Source: a virus
Taxonomy: Duplodnaviria > Caudoviricetes
Length of the DNA stretch: 57,360 bases
Virus record (IMG/VR): IMGVR_UViG_3300032260_000004
Location: 1 to 57,360 of that record
Direction: 5' to 3' (one strand)
The notes beneath the pieces are model-generated. The model saw only the letters and a list, made by a program, of their open reading frames with translations. It made no database searches and was not told the origin of the DNA. Numbering within the stretch: the stretch's first letter is position 1; the number at the start of each line of letters is the position of its first letter. Positions 1-7,512 of this stretch are shown here, piece by piece. Made by a program: the position numbers and the translations under genes.

Positions 1-493
1 TGCCGCTGCGTGCCGAACCCACCGAGCCCGCCGCACCAGTCGCCCGGAGCCCGCGTGTGACTTCGAGGACTGCCGCACCCGCCGACTGGGCTGAACCCGC
101 AGCCGCAATCCCACCTGTGACCTGAAGGGCTGCCGCACCTGACGAAATACCGGCTCCGGTGGCTCTGACCCCTCTGGCGGCGTCGAGCGTCGCTCGGCCT
201 GCCGACAGGGCCGCCCCTCGGGCCTGAAGCTCCTGTGCGGCCGTGAGTCGAGCACGACCGAAGGACTGAGCGGCACCCGTGGCCGCGAGGGCCTGCACCG
301 CCTCGGCTGAAGCCCTACCTGCCGACCGAGCTACGCCTGTGGCCGCGAGGGCACGTCGGATGCCGCTGCGTGCCGAACCCACCGAGCCCGCCGCACCAGT
401 CGCCCGGAGCCCGCGTGTGACTTCGAGGACTGCCGCACCCGCCGACTGGGCTGAACCCGCAGCCGAGATCCCACCCGAGACCTGAAGGGCTGC
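1..493. repeat. 360-bp-period tandem repeat built of 60-bp units inside the giant gene
   Basis: 1-133 is nearly identical to 361-493; 241-316 matches the last 76 nt of the window; another partial copy lies near 1243-1310. Confidence 0.95.
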
Positions 494-2761
494 GGAGCCC
501 GCACTCCCGGCTGCCCCCTTCGCGGCGACCAAGCACGCGAGATCGACGATCCGGATATAATCGGCCTGCGGGGTGTTCGCCGTACTGCCTTGCTGCCGCA
601 GAACGATGAACCCAGTGGCCGAGATGGTCGGCGTGCCGTCGTATACCGTGCTATCCTCATCGCCGATGTCGTCTTTCCATAGACGGACCCGACTACCTTC
701 GACCTTCAGACGTAGCGTGCGGGACAGCGGGGTAGCCGGGTTGGCGCTTTCGTTATACAAAACGCCGTCCGACTCACCGTCCACCTTGTTCAATAGGTAC
801 AGCTCATTGCCGGTGCCCCAACCGGCCCACAGCCCGGTAAACTCTGACTCACTGGGACAACGCACCATCACCGCACACGAGCCGCTTGACGGATCGTTCG
901 TGTACATTTCGAGCGTGATGTCGAGATCGGTCCAGACGCCGGGGATGCGGTAGCTTGAAGTCGTGAACGACGTTCCCATCCGCACCCGATCGACGCTCGC
1001 CTGAACGATCAACTCATGGCTCGGAAACCCGCCGAACGGTGAGCCTATGCCGGACCACGGCCCGCCGATCTCAGGATCATGGAGGTCGAGGTCGGTGTCC
1101 GTGGCTTCGGTGAACGAGTCTAGGAGAATGACCTCGTAGGCGTTGAGCTTTGCGCGGCCCGCCGATGAGCCGGCACCGACCGCGACTAGCGGCACGGGGA
1201 CCACTTCGCCCGAAACGGCGCTGCCCGCCGACCCGCCAACTCCAGTCGCCCGGAGCCCGCGTGTGACTTCGAGGACTGCCGCACCCGCCGACTGGGCGGA
1301 GCCGGCAGCCGAGATGTCTCGTGTGACTGTAAGCTGGGCGGATCCGGCCGAGCCGCCCGTCCCGGTTGCGTGGACGCCCTTGTGGACGTGCGAGACGCTC
1401 GCGCCCACGGAGAGCGCGGTACCGACCGCCGCGAGGCGCACTAGCTTGGCCAGCTTCGAGACGCCGGACGATGAACTGGATCCGGTCGCCGTCAGCCCCC
1501 GCCTGACTCCCAGCGCCGCCGTGCCCGCCGATTGCGATGTACCTGTCGCGTGTCCCGCGACTCGGGTATGAAAGTGGGCCGCACCCGACGAGATCCCGAC
1601 TCCGGCCGCCGCACATTCGATCGGTGGTGCGGCGAGCGAGATCTCCCGATACTCCAGCGTCCCGCCGACCGACGCGATGTACCCGATCACGTTGCGACCG
1701 CCGACCGTGTAGTCCGTCTCGCTGAACGAGAGCATGGTGGCGACGGTCACACCGTCCAACTCTTCTACATCCGTCCCATCGTTCTTGTCGTAGTAGAGAT
1801 CGGCATCCGCGTTCGCGTACAGCCGGTAGAGGTCCGGCGTGGCCCCCGCCTTGCAGACGTTGCCGCCCGCGAGGATGACGGAAGTCGGAGCGTTATCGAA
1901 GACGGTGTTCAGCGTGAGCGTCGCGCCCGTATCCGCACTATCAAACTCGACAGTCGGACAGGCCGCCGCCGTGGTTCCGGCTGCGATACCTATTCGCACG
2001 CGGTAGGTGCCACCGTCGTTGTAACTGGTCCCGCCGCCGCCCACGTCTGCGGTGCCGGTGAAGGTGAAGCTGGCCGCCGTGCCTGTCCAAGCGTTCAGCG
2101 TCCCGAACACCGTGGACTCTCGCGTGCTGACATTGATCTCGTTGTCGGTGTCGTTCCCGACGATCCCATGCGCCCGACCATTCGCTTCCGCGATCCCGAA
2201 GGTCACATAGTGTTTCGTTATCGCGCTGGCGCTATTGTCCCACACCAGATTGACGAGCCAACTGCCGGTCCCGGTGTGTGTTGCGGCGCACGCCCGCTCG
2301 TATTGCGTCCCCTTATCTTTGACTGTATCGCCGTTGTACTGGATCAGGACTGCCGTGCCGTTGCTCCAGACCCCGGCGTGATGCACTCCAGCCGACAGCT
2401 CCGCCTCGACCGTGCCGGTGGCGTCGTTCGATAGATAGGCATCGGTAGACGTGGAGAATCGGTGATAAGTGAGGTTCTGGTCCCAGTTCCCCGAAGCGCA
2501 GACGATGTGGATGTCGGTGCCGACCAGAATCGCATCGATCATCCCCGCCGCTGTTTCGCTGCTCTCTATTTCCGGTCCGGTGCCTGCTTCCGCGAAGGCC
2601 GCAGAGTCGGGGTCGCTCGACTTGTAGACCCGGAGATACGTCGCCCCTCCGGTAAGCTCCAGTCCCACGAAGTAGACGGCGCTACTGGCATAGAACGGCC
2701 CGAGCCGCGACGGCCGTGTCGGGGCTGAATACCCGGTCGGGAGCGTGCGGGGCAGCGCCAT
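1..2761 (-). CDS. Giant virion/tail-fibre-like protein, N-terminal 920 codons (runs off the left end; absent from the ORF track)
   Basis: ATG at 2761 overlaps the TAA of the upstream gene (TAATG). My manual translation (MALPRTLPTGYSAPTRP...) shows no stop down to position 1. Beta-rich globular segments alternate with 20-aa A/G/S/T repeats (xxLxATGxxxSAGxAxL). Confidence 0.85.
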   Translation of the reverse strand, partial: MALPRTLPTGYSAPTRPSRLGPFYASSAVYFVGLELTGGATYLRVYKSSDPDSAAFAEAGTGPEIESSETAAGMIDAILVGTDIHIVCASGNWDQNLTYHRFSTSTDAYLSNDATGTVEAELSAGVHHAGVWSNGTAVLIQYNGDTVKDKGTQYERACAATHTGTGSWLVNLVWDNSASAITKHYVTFGIAEANGRAHGIVGNDTDNEINVSTRESTVFGTLNAWTGTAASFTFTGTADVGGGGTSYNDGGTYRVRIGIAAGTTAAACPTVEFDSADTGATLTLNTVFDNAPTSVILAGGNVCKAGATPDLYRLYANADADLYYDKNDGTDVEELDGVTVATMLSFSETDYTVGGRNVIGYIASVGGTLEYREISLAAPPIECAAAGVGISSGAAHFHTRVAGHATGTSQSAGTAALGVRRGLTATGSSSSSGVSKLAKLVRLAAVGTALSVGASVSHVHKGVHATGTGGSAGSAQLTVTRDISAAGSAQSAGAAVLEVTRGLRATGVGGSAGSAVSGEVVPVPLVAVGAGSSAGRAKLNAYEVILLDSFTEATDTDLDLHDPEIGGPWSGIGSPFGGFPSHELIVQASVDRVRMGTSFTTSSYRIPGVWTDLDITLEMYTNDPSSGSCAVMVRCPSESEFTGLWAGWGTGNELYLLNKVDGESDGVLYNESANPATPLSRTLRLKVEGSRVRLWKDDIGDEDSTVYDGTPTISATGFIVLRQQGSTANTPQADYIRIVDLACLVAAKGAAGSAGSAALQVSGGISAAGSAQSAGAAVLEVTRGLRATGAAGSVGSARSGIRRALAATGVARSAGRASAEAVQALAATGAAQSFGRARLTAAQELQARGAALSAGRATLDAARGVRATGAGISSGAAALQVTGGIAAAGSAQSAGAAVLEVTRGLRATGAAGSVGSARSG

Positions 2762-3504
2762 TATTCGAGCACTTCGCCGGTCACAGCGTCAATCCATATC
2801 GCGGACGGGATCAGGGCCTTCCACTGAGCGAGTGTCTTCCAGTTGTACGCCGCGTCCTGCGCCCTGCCGGGCGCGAGTGTCGTGACGAGATGGACCACCG
2901 TCTGTTGACCGCCCCACGCCTGACAGTCGCCATCCAGCGCGATCGCCTCTGCATCGCTCAGGCCCGCCATCACATCTTCCGTGACGACGATTTGCGGGTT
3001 ACCGCCCACGGCGGTCTTTGCCGCACTTCGGCCTTGCGGTGTGGAGATATCGGCGTCAATGATCGGTACGTCTTCCGCCGCGCCCTTCCGCCTTCGACGC
3101 GGCACACCGGGCCGCGCCCACAGTGCGACCAGTTCGTCTGCTCGCGCGCCGTTCGGGTCGAGACCAGCAACGGAACAGGCGTCCCGGACTTCCTGTTCGT
3201 CGGAGTTGTCCATCTCTGCGAGGATGTAGTCGCTCGTCTCCGTGACCACGATGTTCGTGAACCCACGATCGAGCAGCGCCCCAGCGATCCAGCCGAACCC
3301 GCCGCCCACGATCACGAAGCTGTTATTGTATGCGGCAGGCCCGAGGTAGCTGTCGAAGTAGGCGGCGATCCGGTCAACGGAATTGCCTAGAACGCCGAGA
3401 TGATAGTGGATCAGGACGCCCGGCCGCGTGTTCGGATGCCCGTGCTCCCTATCCACGTAGCTTGCGTCGAACGTCGCCTTCAGGTTCCAGTCCTGTAGTG
3501 GCAT
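2761..3504 (-). CDS. Class I SAM-dependent methyltransferase-like protein
   Basis: FVIVGGGFGW (motif I-like), an acidic residue after the second strand (IVVTETSDY), and DADI and VVTEDV segments. Confidence 0.55.
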   Translation of the reverse strand: MPLQDWNLKATFDASYVDREHGHPNTRPGVLIHYHLGVLGNSVDRIAAYFDSYLGPAAYNNSFVIVGGGFGWIAGALLDRGFTNIVVTETSDYILAEMDNSDEQEVRDACSVAGLDPNGARADELVALWARPGVPRRRRKGAAEDVPIIDADISTPQGRSAAKTAVGGNPQIVVTEDVMAGLSDAEAIALDGDCQAWGGQQTVVHLVTTLAPGRAQDAAYNWKTLAQWKALIPSAIWIDAVTGEVLE

Positions 3505-3523
3505 CCCATCGTCCCCCTCGGCC

Positions 3524-4825
3524 TTACGGGAGCACGTCTTCCAGCGGCGGGAAGATCCCTCTCGCCTGCTGGAGCGGTCGGTAGAGCGGCCAGTCGTGAT
3601 ATTCGAGCTTCACGAGGTCGGGATACAGCAGGCAGTCGCCCGAGCAGGCGACCACCTCGCCGTCCTGCCACGCGAGCGCGGTGAGTTGGAGCCCGTCATG
3701 CTCGGCTGCGGGCTGCACCACAAGGTCTTCGAGGACGCCGCCGTCTACGGGGTACGCCGAGTAGTGCCACGTTGTATCGCCCGTCTCGGAATTGATCTCG
3801 TAACGGACCACGATAGCGCTGTCGGCCCCCGAGATCTGACGGTGCGCGCCCGAGGCATCCGTGACGTGGATCGTGAGGCTGTCGATGTCGCCTGCGATCT
3901 GCACGTCCACACCGAGATCGCTCGGCGGGTCGATCGGCGGCACAGGCGGTGCAGCCCAGCGGTCGGTGAAGTCGTAGTCGCCATCATAGAACTCGGCGAC
4001 GTTCAGCGTACCCCTCAGCGGGTCCGTCCACGGGTCCACGCCCTGCGACATGGCTCCGTGCACGATCGCGTTCTGGTTGCCCACGAGCCCGCCAGTGAAG
4101 GCGTCGTCGAACATCGGTTGAGCGTTCAGCCAACCACGGAACCCGTCCGCGCCGAACTTCACGCCGACCTGATTCCGCTGGCCGGGCACGACGCTCGTTG
4201 CCCAGTGCTCATAGCTCACCGTGTCGCTCTGGATCCTGAAGTACACGGTGTCTCCCGCCAGCCAGACCGACAGGTGCCCGCCGGTCTCGAAGCCGTTGAA
4301 GTCCTTGGCCCAGAGGCCCTGAAGGCCGACCACATCGTTCGGTGTGAACTCCAGCCAGATAGTGCCGTCCGTCACCTCGAAGCGAGCCTCGTGTGGCACC
4401 GAGTCCGGTGCCGTCAGGTCCGACCGCACGACCAGCGGGACGAACAGCGGCCTCGCGGGGATGGTGAACTGGGCGCAGGCATCGGCGTAGTCCGGGCTTG
4501 GGCTCAGTCTCACATTCGCTCCGCAGGCCCGATACTCCACGTCCATCGCCAGCCGGTCGATTGTGTGAGAGCCGACCGGCGTGACGGCCGTGTCGATTGC
4601 GAGAACCGCGCCGTCGAGTTGCTCGAACCGCGACTCGTACACCACCTCCCAGTCTGGGGGCGGGGTATAGTTCCATGAGAGCGTCACGTAGGCCGTGTGC
4701 TCCTGAAGCGTCACCCGGAGCCATAGGTCGTTCGCTTGCGCGTCACCCCCACAGCCGTATGAGGCGATACTCGTCGCGGCGAGGACGACGGCGAACAGTA
4801 GGCTTCTCCATCTCAACGTCTTCAT
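3524..4825 (-). CDS. Exported protein/lipoprotein with FN3-like and LamG/ConA-like domains
   Basis: Signal peptide MKTLRWRSLLFAVVLAATSIASYG-C; GGGAGAG RBS; LamG-like segments GTIWLEFTP, RNQVGVKFG..GFRGWLN and LRGTLNVAEFY. Confidence 0.7.
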   Translation of the reverse strand: MKTLRWRSLLFAVVLAATSIASYGCGGDAQANDLWLRVTLQEHTAYVTLSWNYTPPPDWEVVYESRFEQLDGAVLAIDTAVTPVGSHTIDRLAMDVEYRACGANVRLSPSPDYADACAQFTIPARPLFVPLVVRSDLTAPDSVPHEARFEVTDGTIWLEFTPNDVVGLQGLWAKDFNGFETGGHLSVWLAGDTVYFRIQSDTVSYEHWATSVVPGQRNQVGVKFGADGFRGWLNAQPMFDDAFTGGLVGNQNAIVHGAMSQGVDPWTDPLRGTLNVAEFYDGDYDFTDRWAAPPVPPIDPPSDLGVDVQIAGDIDSLTIHVTDASGAHRQISGADSAIVVRYEINSETGDTTWHYSAYPVDGGVLEDLVVQPAAEHDGLQLTALAWQDGEVVACSGDCLLYPDLVKLEYHDWPLYRPLQQARGIFPPLEDVLP

Positions 4826-5081
4826 GTCTTCTCTCCCGTACTGGTACACGCCTCGCACGACAGGCGTCGTTGTCCTCATGGCACGCTTGGTTGGGCAGGT
4901 GCACAGCGTGCTTCCGAACTAGGTCCTCGGCTACATCTGGCGCGAGATAGAGAATCGAGCGCGGCTCCGGGCAGAACTCGTGATAGCGGAACGGGTCCGC
5001 ATCCGCGCAGGCGTCCCGTTCGGCCCACGTCGGGATCCCGAGCACGTAGTCATACGTCACCACTCGGACCCACTTCTGCAT
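4743..5081 (-). CDS. Hypothetical protein
   Basis: GGAGG RBS before the ATG; the 3' end overlaps the next gene by about 80 nt. Confidence 0.4.
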   Translation of the reverse strand: MQKWVRVVTYDYVLGIPTWAERDACADADPFRYHEFCPEPRSILYLAPDVAEDLVRKHAVHLPNQACHEDNDACRARRVPVRERRHEDVEMEKPTVRRRPRRDEYRLIRLWG

Positions 5082-5228
5082 TTACCCTCCAGTCGAATCC
5101 GACTGCCCGCGCTTTTGCGCGTCCCGGCGTCCAAGCGATCTCGGCCAGTTCCGCACGGTGTCTCAAGGCAAAACGGGCACCGCAGGTCGCTATCTCCCTC
5201 GCCACGGGGGCGGGCTCGTCGGTCTCCG

Positions 5229-5732
5229 CTAAGTCGCCCTCTGGAACGGGTCCACGAAGGCGTACAGGTCGTCTCGGGATACGAACGGACGGACCTTCGT
5301 GTAGGCGTTGTGTCTCGTCGCTGAATCGCCCGACAGCCAGAGCAGCCGGTCGAGCTTGAAGTTGATCCGGTCCATCTCGGTCGGGTTCGGGGGCAGCCGG
5401 GGCTGAACGCCCGTCTGTGACCCGCCGCCCGACGCACCCATCGAGATCTGCGAGTCGAGGCAGAACTCGACGTGGTGGATCGCGTGCGCGTAGGTCTTCT
5501 TGAAGAAGACGAGGCACCCGAGCCCCGGCACGTTCACGCGCTGAGGCTCGAAGTGGCTGAACAGCCCTTGTGCCGTCCAGTCACCGGATCGCGGCAGAAT
5601 GCCCACCGACTTCAGGATCTCGATGCACAGACCCGAGCAGTCGAAGCCCGAGACGGGATCGTCCCCGCCCCAGATGTAGGGAAGGCCGTGCAACGACCAC
5701 GCGACCTTCTCCGCGAGCTTCCGCTTATCCAC
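5229..5732 (-). CDS. NlpC/P60 family peptidoglycan endopeptidase (endolysin)
   Basis: PYIWGG...GFDCSGL catalytic Cys motif and HHVEF His; adjacent to a holin-like gene. Confidence 0.9.
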   Translation of the reverse strand: MDKRKLAEKVAWSLHGLPYIWGGDDPVSGFDCSGLCIEILKSVGILPRSGDWTAQGLFSHFEPQRVNVPGLGCLVFFKKTYAHAIHHVEFCLDSQISMGASGGGSQTGVQPRLPPNPTEMDRINFKLDRLLWLSGDSATRHNAYTKVRPFVSRDDLYAFVDPFQRAT

Positions 5733-6021
5733 CAGCGCGGTCCTTGTTGATCGCCTTCCCGATCGCGTGCGAGCCCATACCGACGAGCGCGACGAGAATC
5801 GAGTTGATGAGGTTCGCGTCCCATGTGCCCGGATCGACAGGCAGGTTGACTCCGATGAGGCTGCCGAGCCACGTCACGATCGCGGCGATCACCAGCATCA
5901 CCACCGATCGGATCGTGGACGGCAACTCGTTGAGCTTCGGCATGACCTTGCGGAGAAGATCCATGATGAGGCTCGCCACGATGCCGAGCACCATGACCAG
6001 CAGTTCGCTGAAGGCTTCCAT
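5725..6021 (-). CDS. Holin-like membrane protein
   Basis: 98 aa with three hydrophobic segments and a basic C-terminus, directly upstream of the endolysin. Confidence 0.75.
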   Translation of the reverse strand: MEAFSELLVMVLGIVASLIMDLLRKVMPKLNELPSTIRSVVMLVIAAIVTWLGSLIGVNLPVDPGTWDANLINSILVALVGMGSHAIGKAINKDRAGG

Positions 6022-6024
6022 TCT

Positions 6025-6516
6025 CTACTCTCCTGCTAAGGTGATGAGGCGGTCCAGCTTGTCGTCAAGCCGATTGAAGCGGTTGTCCATCCGCTCGACT
6101 GCTTCCGCCAACTCGTCACGATCGACTTTCGTGTCGAGTTCCCTCCATACTTCGAGTCCTTGCTGTGAGGTGAAGCGGTTGCCCTCCGTGGCCGTGAGGC
6201 GGCTTTCCAGATTATCGACCCGTGCTTCATCGACGGTCGCAGACTCCACCACCTCTTCGATCACGCTGAGTCGCGTGTCGATATTGTGCAGCGATTCCGC
6301 GTTAGCCTCGGCGGTGGTCCTTGCAGCTTTCACCGAGCCCCACGCCAGCCCGGCGAATGAGGTGCCGAAGATGATCGCGAGACGTAAGCCCCAGTCCAGC
6401 AGCCACCGGCCCGATACTCCCTTTGAGCCCTCGGTGTTCACGCCGCGCTCCTTCTTTCGCCGTTCAAGATCTTGCGTCGTTGCGGGCTCGCACACAGCGT
6501 CCCCCCGATCATTCAT
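6025..6516 (-). CDS. Single-TM coiled-coil protein in the lysis cassette
   Basis: One TM segment (WGLRLAIIFGTSFAGLAWG) and a C-terminal coiled coil ending RLDDKLDRL; ATGA overlap with the upstream stop. Confidence 0.65.
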   Translation of the reverse strand: MNDRGDAVCEPATTQDLERRKKERGVNTEGSKGVSGRWLLDWGLRLAIIFGTSFAGLAWGSVKAARTTAEANAESLHNIDTRLSVIEEVVESATVDEARVDNLESRLTATEGNRFTSQQGLEVWRELDTKVDRDELAEAVERMDNRFNRLDDKLDRLITLAGE

Positions 6517-6866
6517 CTGACCTTCATGATCCATATAACGGACATGCTGCCGAGAGGGGCGAGAGACGCTCGGCCAGATGATCCCGCCGATCCCGTAGCA
6601 TGAACGTGGTACTTCCCGCCCAGTCTCGCAGCACCAGCCGATCCCGCATGACCCGTGGCCGCGAGACGGCTCCGGTCCACTCGCCCAACTGACCCTGCCA
6701 CGCCAACTGCCTGCAAGTCACGTATGACCCCCAGTCGTGCGACGCCAGCCGACCCACTCAGCCCGCTCGCCAGCACGTACCGTGTCGGCGGGGACTCGAC
6801 GTACCACAGATCGGCTACTCCGTGGCCTCTGCTGCTCCCTGTGGCCCTGCACGGGATCGTTGCCAC
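6513..6866 (-). CDS. C-terminal half of a tail-collar-type fibre protein
   Basis: Carries the same 20-aa A/G/S repeats as the giant protein and ends SVIWIMKVR, typical of tail-collar protein C-termini. Confidence 0.6.
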   Translation of the reverse strand: MATIPCRATGSSRGHGVADLWYVESPPTRYVLASGLSGSAGVARLGVIRDLQAVGVAGSVGRVDRSRLAATGHAGSAGAARLGGKYHVHATGSAGSSGRASLAPLGSMSVIWIMKVR

Positions 6867-7120
6867 TACATACCCTCAATGCCCGACGTGGGGCCGCCAC
6901 GCAGCGTCAGGCGGCGTCCGTTCAGGTCGGGGAGCGCCTGTCGGTGTAGCGGTGAACGCGGATCCTCGACCGTCTGCCCGTTGCACTCCAGCCAGCCGTC
7001 CGGCAACTCGCCGCCCATGTGGCTCAGCCACGCGACCACGGTGCCCACCGGGAGCGCCGTGTCGGGCTGAACGAGATCAGGGTGTGGCATCGTCAGCGAC
7101 GGATAGAGTCCCCGGTTCAC
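6866..7120 (-). CDS. Phage tail collar domain protein (N-terminal half)
   Basis: LPVGTVVAW...LPDGWLECNGQ...LPDLNGR collar signature. Confidence 0.85.
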   Translation of the reverse strand: MNRGLYPSLTMPHPDLVQPDTALPVGTVVAWLSHMGGELPDGWLECNGQTVEDPRSPLHRQALPDLNGRRLTLRGGPTSGIEGM

Positions 7121-7121
7121 G

Positions 7122-7505
7122 TCAGAACCCTCCACCGATCGCGAAGACGTTGAAGCCCTCGGCCTTGTGCGTGCTCACCTTCAGTTCGTGGGTCGGCTCG
7201 ACGATCAGCGGCACGGTCGGGATCCACTCGACGACGAAGACTTCCTCCGCCGTGCCCGGCGTCACCGCCTCCACGAGAAGCTCCTTCAGCAAGAAGACGG
7301 TGCTGCCGTCGTCGTAGAACACGCGGACGACGCCGGCCGTGGTCGTCCCCGAGGCGACGACGCGAATCAGGTCGATCCTGCTGCCGCCTTCTCCCGCCGT
7401 GTGCAGGTCGCCGAGCGTGCCCGTGCCGTCACGGTTCGTGTTCGCCGTCGAGATCGAGACCGCACCCGCGATCGGTGTACTGGCGAAGCTCGGATTCGCT
7501 GACAT
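7122..7505 (-). CDS. Small beta-rich tail-associated protein
   Basis: GGGAG RBS; position after the tail-tip gene; beta-strand-like composition. Confidence 0.65.
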   Translation of the reverse strand: MSANPSFASTPIAGAVSISTANTNRDGTGTLGDLHTAGEGGSRIDLIRVVASGTTTAGVVRVFYDDGSTVFLLKELLVEAVTPGTAEEVFVVEWIPTVPLIVEPTHELKVSTHKAEGFNVFAIGGGF

Positions 7506-7512
7506 GGCTCCC

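Noticed and set aside
241-316. Terminal match as a true direct terminal repeat
   Set aside because: The match is internal (not at position 1) and is part of the 360-bp coding repeat, so it says nothing about packaging ends.
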